From Eledone cirrhosa (Eukaryota), in contig OZ024741.1 in NCBI GenBank assembly GCA_964016885.1, positions 113,088,001 through 113,152,000 on the forward strand: a stretch of 64,000 nt of DNA, in the 5' to 3' direction. A program made the position numbers and the translations under genes. The notes beneath the pieces are model-generated. The model worked only from the letters and a program-made list of their open reading frames with translations. It made no database searches and was not told the origin of the DNA. Of this stretch, positions 14,207 through 27,527 are shown one piece after another (the first letter of the stretch is position 1; each line of letters begins with the position of its first letter).

Positions 14207-15082
14207 TATGAAGAGAGAAGAAACATTTAGATATAATTAGTAATAAAATGTATCATACCTAAACTGCTCCTAGATTCCTCGACTACGTAGTTTCGTGGCA
14301 TAAACAAAAACAATACATCATAAAGATATAGAGTACCTCATTTTACTAGCTTCAAGAACGCATCTACACGACGTGAGAAAGAATCCCAATGTATATACAC
14401 ACACAAATATTTGATTCAGCTAGTTATTTAGATGGTAAGATGCTGTCATGGGCCCCTTAGTTCAATAGTTACAGCATTAAACCAGTATCTTGGAGATGTG
14501 GAGCTATCTAACCTCACTTCTCGCTGCCAGGAGTTGACTCCCCTTGGCATATATCTTCAGGTTACAGAGATATGCACGACCTCCTCACCACATCTTGGTG
14601 AGAATTATTTTCCCATGTGTCTCTACATTAACATGCTGTTGTACATATATATGCACATGTATAAACACTATTCAATAACCAGAACAAATATAAGGATTCC
14701 ACTACTACTTTATAGTATTTCGCTATTTTAAACCATCATTTGTTCCTTTTAAATAAACGTAAGCCAAGAAAAAATGGATAACGTACATTTGAATTTCAAA
14801 ACTAAGTGCTGAAATCTTGAAAATGAATGTGAAACACTTGACCATTGAAATGTAGACATGTTTTGAAAATTCTTCAATAGTTTCAATACTACTTTAAAAA
14901 ATATAATCAGTGAATATGAAACATCTTGTGGTAAATTCTTTTAAAATGAGTTAATGGAGTTAATGTCATGTTTGTCACATATTTGAACATAAGGAGCTGC
15001 TCCTCAATTTGTATATATATATATATATAAATATATTATGCACACACAGATGAATATAGATATATGTGTGTGTATGTTTAAA

Positions 15083-15130
<48 letters not shown>

Positions 15131-15146
15131 AATATATATATATATC

Positions 15147-17650
15147 ATCATCATCATTATCATCATTTTACGTCCGCTTTTCCCTGCTTGCAAGGGTTGG
15201 ATGGGTCCTATTCAGCAGAGCAGCCCTCCACTTGTCACGCTCCATCGTCATCTCCTCGGTGAGATTCAGCGATCTGAGGTCTGCTCTCACCACCTCCGCC
15301 CATGTTTTTCTACTGCATGGTCTACCTCTACTGCATCTTCCTTCTACTGGGATTTCTTGGCATTTCTTTACCCAGTGGTCATCCTCCATGCACATCACAT
15401 GTCCATACCATCTCAACCTTCTCTCCTACACACCACAACTTATCTCTCTTATAACCAGTTTCTTTCTCAACTTGTCTATGCTTGGTTGTTCATGCACATT
15501 GACATTGCACATCCAACAGAGCATACTTACTTCATTTCCCTCCAGCCGTCGCATATCTTCTGCAGTTGCTGCCCATGTCTCACTACCATGCAGCATCGCA
15601 CATCTCACACAGGCATCATATAACCGTCCTTTCATATGCAGGGAGAAACCCTTCTTTGTCAACAGAGAAAGCAGCTCCCTAAACTTCTTCCAACCCGTCC
15701 TTATTCTAGATACTATGGCCTCGGACCACAACCCCCTCCCATGCTAATCTGATCACCTACGTACAGGAAGCAATCAACCACTTCTATAGAACCACCTGCA
15801 TTCGAAAAATGTGTCTATCACCGTGATTACTACTGACAACTTTCCCTGTACATCTACTGCATACATAGTTTTTCCTACCTGTTAGTTTGCCTGCTATCCC
15901 ACTACATCTCTTGAGTACCCAAGATCTGAATTGCATACATTTTATGGAATTTATGCCAGTTCCTTACCTACATATCAAACATGGCCATTTCCCTGATGGA
16001 ATCAGAGTATTGTCCTCTCTTCTACTTATCAACACTTTTGTCTTAGCTATGTTCACTCTCAGTCCCCTTGATTCCAACTGCTGTTTCCATAGCCAGAATT
16101 TATTCTCTAGCTCCTCTACTGATGCTGCTATAAGAACCAGATCATCAGCATAGAGAAATTCCATGGGCATCCTCTGTTATGACTTGGAGGACTATAATGA
16201 ACAAGAGCGGGCTGAGGACCGAACCGTGATGTACACCTACTTGTACTATCTGGAATTCCTCACTAAACTCCATTCCTATTCTCACTTTACTGACAGCACC
16301 CCTGTACATAGCTTGCACTGTCCTCACAAGCCATTCCTCTACACCTAGTTTCCTTAGGGACCACCAGATAACAGATGTGGGTACCCTATCAAAGGCCTTC
16401 TCTAGGTCAACAAAAGCTAAGTATAGTGGCTTATTCTTCTCTAAGAACCTCTCTTGTAGTTGCCTCACTAAGAAAAGGGCATCTGTTTCTGAGGCACAAA
16501 ACCAAACTGCATCTCATCTAATTTGACCCTTTCTCTAATTAGTTGCGCTAATATTCTCTCTGCCACTTTCATAACCTGATCCATCAGCTTTATGCTCCTA
16601 TAATTGCTCCTCTCTAGAGCATCCCCTTTACCTTTGTAGCAATTTATGAGAATACTGCTGCACTAGTCTTTGGGTATGACACCACCATTTATAGCTTGAT
16701 TAATGATGCATGCAACCAGTTTAGTGCCTACTTCTCCTGATGCCTTCAGCATTTCAGCAACTATCCCCAACGGTCCAGCAGCCTTACCATTTTTCATTTC
16801 CTTAACTGCCTCTTGTACCCTATATTCTTCAATCTCAATAGCTGGTCCCTCTCTCGGGTCTACTGGGGGTAATTTCTCTCCATCCCATTCATTCTCCACA
16901 TTCATCAGTCTCTCATAATGACATTTCCAGGCCTCCTTTTTTTGATCATTCGTGACACTAAGTACACCGGCATCATTCTGGGCACACTTATCTCCAACAA
17001 CATCCTGATTTTCACTGACACACTGCCTTGCAATGCAGACCACTGCACATCTCTGATCTTCTCAGAATATTGGCAAACCTCCTACTCTCAGCCTTCCTGC
17101 ATGCTAAGTACACCTGACGTCTAGCTTCTCTCTTAGCGGCTGTGTATCCTTCTCTACTCCCACCATTTTTCCAAGCCTTCCATGCGAGTCTTTTGTCTCT
17201 AATGGCCCTATCCACCATGCTGTTCCACCACCAGGTCACTCTCTGCCCCAACCACAAGTTTCTTCTGTAGCCTGCAGTAAGTTGTCATGCAAGAAATTCC
17301 AGTTATAATCTATGTCATACAACTCTAAATCGTCTTCTTTTTCGTCATGCACATCTTCAAGGGCTTTGCTAAATTTATATTTTAATGAAAGGTCTTTTAG
17401 CTTCCAGACCTTTCTTTTCCACACTTTCCTTTATATCTCATTCTTTCTCTTGCTTACTGAGATGTCACTAACGAATAACCTATGCTGTGGGGTACATTCT
17501 TCCCCGGGGTATGCCTTGGTATTTGACACCATCTGTCTGTCTTGCTGTCTAATTAGCAGGAAGTCAATCTGGCTTATGTGCTCGCCTGATTTGTAGGTTA
17601 TTAGGTGGTTGGTAGGCTTCTGAAAGTTAGTGTTGCAAATGGTTAGTGCA
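15147..17650 (-). mobile_element. RTE-clade LINE family A, 5'-truncated and decayed
   Basis: RT motifs LYLAFVDLEKAFDRVP, GVHHGSVLSPLLF and LYADDLVL; C-terminal LRWYGHV...RGRP; (CAT)n tail. Confidence 0.95.
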
Positions 17651-18432
17651 TACATACATACATAAGCAGAGAGATACATATAAGGGTATTCATCAGTTAT
17701 AAGTTTTGCTTAATGAATTAATTAATTGAATAAACAATTAGTCAGAGCATTAGAAAATCACAAGTGGGAAAGGCAAATGATAGAATGTTAACAATTTACA
17801 TCGATGACCTGACTGTTGAGTAAAACATTAGGCTGGAACAGGCTGCTTTTTCTAGTAGTCCTGTTACTGACCAATAGTCCATCTATCACATGATATTTTT
17901 CCCATTCAAAATTATCACTGGTAACGAACACTTGAAAGATATTTTTCTTGGATTGAGAAGTTCCCTGAGGTGTTGTGATGCCTCACAATGTAGGATATCC
18001 TAAATTATTGGATTATCCAGGCTGCTGCTTACACAACCAAACTGCAGTGGGATATGAAAGTAAATTAATAACTTTTTATCTTGTTTGCTCTTCCCATATG
18101 TGTGTGTGTGCAAGTAGAGAACAGATTTTCATTCAGATATATACTGAAATTATAACTACGCTCCAATTTGATCATATTTTTAAAGAATTTTTCCTATTTC
18201 CTTGTTACTTCTTTAAAAATAGTTTGCAACAGTAGCTTTCCTAAATTCTTTTTCTGCCCCATCTTCAGAGTCATAATGGTCATATACGGAGCATATTAGT
18301 CATGTACTTAACAGTGGCCATAATGAATCATGGGAATGGGAAGAAATCATTGATGCTTGATTTTAAATTGTCACCAATGTTTCCATAATTGTGATATCAC
18401 ACACACATGCACACACACTCACACACACATGC

Positions 18433-18465
<33 letters not shown>

Positions 18466-18564
18466 GCTAGTCGAATAGAATCTGTACAGCTCTGGCCATC
18501 TCAACTGTTTTTGTCAGACTGGAGAACAAATATCATTGCCCACACATAGTCGTTTATCATACTG

Positions 18565-18795
18565 ATTGAGCACACACACACAAAAACAAGATGGTGTAGG
18601 ACAGAATAAAGGAGAGACACAAAATAAAAACCCAGTCACTGAAGAGATCACAGAATTTGTGATGAAAGAGCTTTGACAATATGTAAACAACCATCCGGTT
18701 ATCGAACCAACCAATCATACGGAAATTTATAATAAATTGAAGTGAAAACCAACAGGTGCATGTGTTATTATTATCAACATGACCCTTCCAAAGTA
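18565..18795. repeat. Unclassified dispersed repeat; inverted copy at about 56230-56445
   Basis: caaaaacaagatggtgtaggacagaataaaggagagacacaaaataaaaacc...gaaagagctttgac is present at both loci. Confidence 0.75.
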
Positions 18796-18861
18796 TAACA
18801 ATATCTATTTCAACACATATTTTCAGATAAGAAATTTTGCAAAACAAATTAAAAAACGAAG

Positions 18862-18894
<33 letters not shown>

Positions 18895-18938
18895 CAGAAT
18901 ATTAATAAATGAAGACATTCACATAATCAAAATATATG

Positions 18939-19000
18939 TTTTATTATATATATTTCAAAGGTACTGTGCTGTTTTTTCAGTACGTCCTCGTCAGATAAAA
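18939..19000 (-). ncRNA. Type I hammerhead ribozyme, same architecture as 5003 and 10326
   Basis: Minus strand UUUUAU-CUGACGA-GGACGUACUG(AAAAAACAGCA)CAGUACCUUU-GAAA-UAUAUA-UA-AUAAAA. Confidence 0.8.
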
Positions 19001-19061
19001 TACATGAATTGATGTATGACATACCTCAACGGTCTTGATGGTTCAATTCCAGTATTGGCAG

Positions 19062-19245
19062 TCATCATCATCATCATCATCATCATCGTTTAACGTCCAT
19101 CTTCCACGCTTGCATGGGCTTGGACGGGAATTTTCCCACTTGAGGCAAGAGTCTTGCTCGTATAGGACTGTCTGGCGGGTTTTCTACGGCTGGATGCCCT
19201 TCCTAACACCAACCACGTTTACAGTGTGGACTGGGAGGTTTTTAC
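19062..19245 (-). mobile_element. Short RTE-related 3' fragment; another copy lies at 62267-62419
   Basis: (CAT)n tail followed by gtttaacgtcc...ttccacgcttgcatggg...ttttcccacttgaggcaagag...ctggatgcccttcctaacacc at both loci. Confidence 0.8.
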
Positions 19246-19454
19246 CGTATTACCTACATATATATATATACACACATGCACATTTGTATATGCGTGCAAG
19301 CACAAATAGATACATTGTTATCACTAGGTCCGGCATGTTATATATAGTTATTTCAGTCTTTTCATAGTCAAATGTTCAACCATAAGATAGGAGCATCATT
19401 TTTATTCTGGCTCATGCAACAAGATAATGTGCATTTCTTAATAACTGTCTCAAA

Positions 19455-20005
19455 CAACAATACATCTGTAGCCCAATCTTTTCGATTGATGACATTGTTA
19501 CACACCTGTACAATAATCTGCTTTATTTATCACCTCGTGTGACATTTGTATTATAATCTGGTATATTGATTATGTTGTTAGATTACTGTATCACAATTAA
19601 AACTATTAATTGTGTCACTATATATATCTGTATCATAATTTGGTTTATTGATCATAACAATACTTATCCATATCACAATTTAAACTACTGTTCATCTCAA
19701 TATATATCTGCATCATAATCAATGCTATTGAAAATATCACCATATATCTCTACCATAATCTGAACTGTTTATTACCTTTGTAGACATCTGTCCTATGATC
19801 TGGACTTTTTATTACATGAGGATATATCTGTACCACAAGATGTGAACTATTTATCAAATCAATATACATCTGGACTGGTTATTACATCTGCAGACATATA
19901 TAGCACAAATTGTAGACTGTTTATCCCATTAGTGTATATATGTCCCACAATGAAAACTAATTATCATGCTGTTGTATGTGTGTTACACAATCTGATCAAT
20001 TAACC
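19455..20005. repeat. Highly diverged 40-bp minisatellite, about 14 units
   Basis: Unit starts at 19466, 19506, 19546, 19586, 19628, 19668, 19708, 19748, 19788 and 19828; approximate consensus start CTGTAYCAYAATCTGRACTATTKAT. Confidence 0.75.
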
Positions 20006-22098
20006 TTTTGCTACACGCCTATCACACAGATATGCATATGTTTATATGTGGTTGTATGATACAAAAATACCTGTCTGGTTGTGTGTGTGTTTTTATATAA
20101 ACCCAATTACCCAGAACTAAGCAGTGCTTAGTATTTGCCTTTTTTTGTATGTTCTTAGATAAATTATTTTAATATCAATAATTTTCCTGATAGTTATCTA
20201 ATCATATGATGTTGATGATTCTATCTTATCTCATTTGGTCTGTGGATGTTGTCAAGTGTTGTACTTCTGAACATACAGCTTTATTTCTAAATGAATATTT
20301 TTTCCTATTCTTTTTCTTGTGTTAATTATATGGAAGTCATCATCACCATTTAACATCCATTTTTCCATACTAGCATGGGTTAGACAAATCGTCTCATTGT
20401 GAGACAAGTCATATCGGGTGACCATGTCTTGCTCATACAGAACTGTTTCTGGCTTGGTGTCTATGGTTGGATGCCCTTCTCAATGTCAACTTCATTTAAC
20501 AGCATAGACTCTGTGCTTTTTATCGAGGTACCAAAATAACCAAGTGACAGGTTGGGCTGCATGCTTTTTCTTGTGTCACCAACACTTTACTGTACGTACA
20601 TGAATTAAATAGAAGTACATGGCTATGTTCTAATATAGAGACCCTGCTGATGTTGCAATATTATAACTGCATTATCCACATATCTGCAGGTTTCAACATT
20701 ACATTATTCAGTATTTTGTCTTCATTGTGAGACATGAGATGTAACATGTAATTACACTTTCTCTACCTGACAAATGCAGCAATGGATCCAAGTTTTGTAA
20801 TCCAAGAAGGTGTTGAAGTATTGGCTACATACACATAACTTTGCTGTTAAACCTATAGCAGTGAAGACATCTGGGGTTCTGCATCCCCAAACTATTTCCC
20901 TATTCATTTCTCTCAGGATGGAGTTGGCCACCTCATGAGTTGAAATGTCTCTTTCAATGCATCTCCTTTACTATCTTCCATTACTATATTCTTTCTGCTG
21001 GGAACTGGAAGACATTATTGGTGATAATAGCAAAACTTATAGTCATCTGTTCTATTTCAAGTTTGCTGCTCTTCTTCACAATATTACATATTCCTGACGT
21101 TATGTCTTTATGTCCTTTTTAGTCTGGCTTTATCAACTGAAGAAGCTTTGTCAGTTTTATCCACTTCAACTAACATGAACACACATTAACTAGAAAGATA
21201 CTCCAATGATCACTTACTGAGTGCTAATTATTGCTGCCTCAATTAGAAATAAGCTGCACAAATGTAGCAAATTATTACGGCAGAATAAACATGGTTGTTA
21301 TTATTGTCTCAATGGATCAACTGAGTTTTTAGAGAATTGGGTAAATGTGTAGCAGTATTGGTTCTGACTCTTTATATTTTGAGTTCAAATCCAGCTGAGA
21401 TCAACTTTGCCTTTCTTTGTATAAGGGTTGATGAAATAAAGTACCAACTAAATACTGGAGTCAGTGTAATAGACTTCTATGCCCACACCCACCAAAAAAA
21501 TAATTAAAAATAGAAAATTGCTGATCTTGTGCCTAAATGACAAATCCTTGTTGTCTAATCCCAGGTTATCTCTGGCTGAGCAGGCTTACAATCAAAGATA
21601 TTCCAGCTATGATCCTCCCTTCATTTTATCCAACATGCACTTTCTTTCCCCGATACAATATGCTATTATTTAAGGGAAATTTTGCTCCTATTTCCAACAA
21701 GTCGAGTGACCATATATAAGCTTGCTTTTTGGCTAGTAAATCTTCTGAGTTTGATATAACTTACTTTTCTCTCCCACTAAATCTACTTTAGGCCTTATGT
21801 CGAAATTTGAAACAGCTACTATGTAATAAGTAGATTGACTAGCAACTTGCATTCAGTAATTAAGAGATCTTTTCATTTACTTTTTACCTTCAATTACAAT
21901 GATCATTAGTTTGTCAATATATTATACCCTGCTCATCATAATAGTCAGAACTTTTAACATTATGCCAGTAATTTGGGGGAGGGGAAAAGCAATTAAATCA
22001 ATCCCAGTAATTCAGTTGTACTTACTTTAGCAACCACAAAGAGATTAAAGACAAATTTGATAAATGTCTGAAATTTTGGTAAAACAAAAATCAGAATC

Positions 22099-22745
22099 TA
22101 ACCCTTTTGTTAACATATACTTAATCAAAATATTCCCTATTTTCAAATAATTTTGAAAATAATCAAGAATTTGAAAAGATTTAGTAATTCTCATTATTAA
22201 GTTGATGTTTATGGCAGTGAATTGGCAGAGTTGTTAGACAAATGCTTTGCAGTATTTGTTCTGTTATTTTATGTTCTGGGTTCAAATCCTGCTGTGGTCA
22301 ATTTTGCCTGTCATTCTTTTGAGGTTGATAAAATAATGTACCAGTAAAGTACTGGAGTTAATACAATAGACTTTATGCTCTCCAGAAATTGCTGGCTTTG
22401 TATCTAAATTAGAAATCATTATAAGCTACCTGTGGATTGGCTGTATCGGTAGAGAGTCGCACGCCATGCTTTCCAGCATAGTTACGTCCCTTTACGATCT
22501 GAGTTCAAATCCGGCTTAGGTTGACTTTGCCTTTCATCCTTACGGGGTCGATAAAATAAAGTACCAGTAATACACTGGGTAATTTGCTGGCATTGTGCCT
22601 AAAGTAGAAACAATTATTAAGCTACTGTTTAGAACACAGCTTAAAAAAGGTTTTTACATAAAATTATGAATAAATGTTTTTAGATAGATATAGAAATATA
22701 AAATCACATAGAACTAAGGTTGGTTTCAGGTGGTTTGGTATCAAC
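22099..22745. mobile_element. TTAA-type MITE interrupted by two Meta-like SINEs (about 22212-22420 and 22432-22612)
   Basis: MITE start taacccttttgttaac matches the end of the copy at 60994-61148. The younger SINE is flanked by taagctac (22422-22429, 22618-22625). Confidence 0.65.
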
Positions 22746-25499
22746 ATTGTGTATATCTATCCAACTACTAACATTCAACCACTCACATACTCATTCCCAC
22801 ACACACACATACTTATTCACGCACCGCACATACTTATACACACACACTGGTATTAAATGTATTTAGAATGTGTGTGTCTATAACTGTGTGTTTAATATAT
22901 ATTCTAAGTAGTTTTATCTTAGTACAATTTTACATGTGTGTGTATATGTGTACATGTCTAGCTGATTCACAATACAAAAGTGTAAAGCACTTTTCTTACT
23001 ATATCTTTTTCAGATTACTCAGAGATTCAGTTTCAGTTAACAGAGCAGAATAAAGGTGGACTTTTGGCTATAATATATCTGTTTGTGAATTTTTTTTTTT
23101 TAGTTATTGTTTTAGTGTATCTGTTTGTTTTGTTTCATGTTGTTGTTGTTATAGTTATTATTTAAAAGAAATCAATGAAAAATAGTCTTTTATAGTATAG
23201 CAATTACATTGTATTGTGTGTGGTGTCTATCTTGTTTATATATTCAATAAGTGTTTTGTAATGAAAATATATGTTGGTGTTGTTTTTTTGGCCTCAGGTC
23301 AGCTTTGATTGAATAGATCTTTGAACAAACGGTTTTTTCCTCCATGCCCACCCTGTCTTGTTTTCAGGAGTAGCGTATTGTATTTAAAACTACATTAATC
23401 AACGTGAGTGGACACAGACAAGGCTGAGTGGTTAAGAAGTTTGTTTGGCAGTGATGATGTTTGACCTCCACAGTGTGGCATCTTGGGCAACAGTCTTTAC
23501 AATAGCCTAAAATCAACCTAAGCCTTGTGTTAGAAATTGGGTAGGCAGAAACTGCACAGAAGCCCATCAGGTTGTACTAGTGATGCATTTGTCCAGCCAC
23601 GTGACATATTTTGTCAAGCATTGAATATTTAGTTTATTGAATGACTAAATACGCATTGTGAAAACTGGCAGAAAATTCATCATTCAATGTGTTGAAAGAT
23701 GGTAGGTTGTCGTTGGTGGTATATTTAGCTGCTAGTTATAGCACTTATGTAGAGGCTTCCATATTGGTATGAATGAAAACATACCTTATGCTGTTTTTAA
23801 ATATTTATATTTATCTAAAAGTCTTCCAGTATAAACTTATGAAGGACCTTTGTTAACTTATGTTCCAAGCGCCAATGAAATAATGAGAAAGCTAAGTATA
23901 TTTTATTAAATCATTTCTATTTTTTTTTTTTTATCATTTTCAAAATTATTTGAAAATCATAGGCAGCATCTTTCATAAGAAATAGGGTAATTAAAAGGTT
24001 AATTTAAGAAGCTCATTTGTTAAGACATGTAATGTGAGGTAGAGGACACATCTAATGTTGATGTTGTTAGATTGATAGAATTGGTAGAGCATCAAATAAA
24101 ATGTCCTTGATGTCTTTTCCCTGGCTCTTTACATTCTGAGTTTAAATCCTGCTGGGTCAACTTTGCTTTTCATCCTCTGGAGTTCAGTAAAATAAAGTCA
24201 AGCACTACAGTTAATTTAATCGACTTTGCCCTTTGCCTTGTGTCTAAATCAGAAATCAATATTAATTACTAGGCATTATGGTTAATTTTTACAACTTTAC
24301 TTAGTTTATTTGTATTATAGGACAAAGGTTTGGTAGGATTCTGAAAGGCTAATAGCTCCATGTATGTACTGACTCAATCTGTGCAAACTTGTTCAACGTT
24401 TTCTAACAGACATTAATGATGACAATGATGTTGATCAGTATGAATAGTGACACTCTACAGTATAGTTGCTTCTTTGAAATCAAATTTAGATTATATTCAT
24501 ACCAGTTATGTGTGAGAAAGTTCGGAAAATCTTCTATTTGAAGAATTAATCTGTCAACCCTATTGTGCTTACATTCATATAAGAATATGAGTCATGAATA
24601 TTATCAATATCTTGTTTTCTTTATATTACATACAAAACCAATATCTGGGGCTCTGAACTTATTTTGGATCTTTTGACTATATGCTGAAGATTTGATCCTT
24701 GGCCTTTGAAATGAATCTCTGTTTATGGCTATAACTATATTTCTGAAGTCAAACTGAAACTTTATAATCACTATTATTCTTGGATAAAATTCACTTTCCA
24801 ATCGTTTTTTCTTTCATAGCTTCACCTTGAATCTATCAACTTCATTCATTCAAAGGTATTTGCTTATATAACCCTCTGGACTTGGATCTTTCATTGAATC
24901 CTGTGGTGTTATAATTATGTTTCCAAATTTCTGGATAAGTTCCTGTAGAGTGAAAGAAATCTTTAAATGTTTTACAAGGATAAAACCTAATTTAGGCAAA
25001 TTGTTTGAAGGTGATGGAAGAAATATTGGGTTTGTTAGTTTAAAACATTATATATAGGAACATTTTTCATGAATATACTATTTAGAGAGCCATCAAGGTT
25101 GAGCAATCATAGTTGACAAAGATTAGCTTGGTAAGGGACTAGAAGGATTGACTGCAATTTCGGGGGGTTGGGGTGCAAGAGACTTTGCAGACTGTGCCAT
25201 GGAAAAAGAGGATTTTTGTTTACAAAGTTATGAATAAGTTATAGTAGTGGGTAAAATGCACACAATTTGCAGGAGATACTTTTCTCTAGGTATTGGGGGA
25301 TAGTACAAGATGCACAATGGGATCGATCTAATCACTATCCCCCCACACCCCTCTTCCCCAGACACACATGGAAAACAAAATTGTTGGCCTTGTGTCTAAA
25401 TCAGAAACCATTATTAGCATAAAACTGATGGAGCTACATCTAGTTAACTGATGTTAATTACATTTAGAGAGGGCATATGTTGATGTGTGGTGGGTATTT

Positions 25500-25790
25500 G
25501 TAATTGGGCGGTGGTCAGATGATTTAATTAGCGCAGAGATGATGACAGCATATTGGTGAGTGACTTCATGCCAATCATTAGAATAGATTAAGGGAGAATG
25601 TTGTAACAGTTGCCTCAAACATTACACTTGTGAAAGCAATATTCCATTGTTGGGCTCACTTTAGCATTGCAATGAGTTAGTAGTTGAAGTAGAGAGTTAG
25701 TAACTGAAATAGGGATTTAGTAGCTTGGCAGAGAGTCTGTGGAATAAACTTCAGTTGGTTTTGACAATGAGTGTTCCAGTCATATGATCA
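25500..25790 (-). mobile_element. Old LINE RT C-terminal fragment (CR1/Jockey-like)
   Basis: Minus-strand QLLTHCNAKVSPTMEYC resembles the LINE motif LL.LYKA.VRP.MEYC. Confidence 0.45.
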
Positions 25791-27527
25791 ATAGACTGGC
25801 TTGTTTGTGGAAATAATATGCAATTAACTAAGCATTCTACAAAAATGTGTACCCATAACATAATTTTCAGAGATTTAGCTCATGACAAGTCTGGACCTTT
25901 GAATTACAAGTACCCAGTTTCACTCACAGATCTTGGATGAACCCAAAGCTATGGTAAATAACACTTGCTCAAGTTGCTACATAATCTGATTGAATGCAGT
26001 ATCTAATGAGTGTGAATCGGACTTAACTATTCAACCATTCTGTGTCCACAGAGAATTAATAGCTTTCTAGCTGAAATAAAAACAGTGATGGTTTAATACC
26101 AGCTTGGTTTAGGGTTGAGAAAGAGATGAATGGTGTTTGGAGTGTTGATGTGAATTAGTGAGGGATATGATGACTTCAGAATCAAATGAAATGTAGTAAA
26201 TATCATCAATGTGAGATGAAAGGCGGTGAAATAGTTGCTGGTGGTTGATGAAATTAGGTAATATATGGCTGGATTAGCCAATAAGTAAGGTAAGCATATC
26301 CTTAGGGCACCAATTTATTCAAATTGTATTTGTCATTCCTTCAAAAATTATGTTTGCAGATTTTATATATGGGGTGTACCATAATCTCTTAGGAACCTGG
26401 GACCTCAAAATGATTTAATCTGACCCTGAATGAGTGGTAGAGACAATAGATGAAATTAGGGGAGTGAGGAAGAGAGATACTGTGCTATTTGTTTCTTTAT
26501 GGCATATAACAAAGTAAGTGAAATATAATGGCTATACTATGGAATCAAATCCCAGGCTTAGACTTGATCATCCAGATAACTTCCTACTTTTGGCAAATCT
26601 CCTTCCTTCTGAAAACAAAATGAAATCACAAACTTTTGTTGTTTCTTAATAATGCACAAATTTCTAATATCTGATGAGTAAGTATGTTTGCCCTATAACT
26701 ATAAAATGATCAACTAAAAATATAATATAATATAATAAATGAGATAGATATTAAAATTTTACTAAAGAGTATAACTTCGAAAATATCAATATCATAAGAA
26801 CTGGCAGAGTCTGACGTGAGTCATTGGAAGATTGCCCTGAAATAACACCAATTCTCTCATCTGTGGTAATGTAGAGCATGGCTGCTGTTCTTCTATAAAA
26901 AGAATATAAATTATATCAATGAATGGGAGTCATATCCAGCTATTTATATTTATCAACAACTCTGAAATTTCACATTATTTCATTATGGTTGGTCACTCTT
27001 TGTGTGTGTGTGTGAATGCACACAGGTTGATAGTTAATGGTGTTCAGCTCCAAATCATAAGGTTGTTAGATCAATTTCAGCAGCAATAGTTTATTCAAAT
27101 ATTGAGCATTACACTTCATTTTATATTACTCCAGTTCACTCAACTGACTAAAATAAATTGTACCTGTAATTCAAAGGGCCAAACTGAATCGTTTAAGAAG
27201 TAATTAAGGGTAAACATACCTGTGGAATCCTATGCCATCTGCACACACCTGCACACACACACACATGCATGTGTATTCTAGGTTTCATTAAAAAATGTTT
27301 CAACAAAAGAGAAAAAGCTGGTTTCTTAACTCCAAAGGAAGCCTCTATCAATTGAAATTTAGACATCAACTAAGCAGACATACGTGTGTGTATTTATATC
27401 TCTCTCTGCCTCTCTCTCCTTCTCCTTCTATGGAAGAAATCAGTTGTATTCAGACTTTGCTTTTAAATGCCGAAAACACAACATATGTCACAATGGTTCT
27501 TTGACTCTATCAGGAGTTACAGGTTCA

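Noticed and set aside
14551-14587. AG/GT-bounded 37-nt candidate exon
   Set aside because: Weak polypyrimidine tract, no recognisable peptide and no supported partner exon.
19455-20005. CRISPR-like interpretation of the periodic arrays (also 8079-8541 and 51890-52215)
   Set aside because: There is no conserved repeat with unique spacers, no cas genes, and the context is eukaryotic.
26671-26790. ctgatgag...cgaaaatatc as a long-loop HHR
   Set aside because: There is no credible stem I or stem III.
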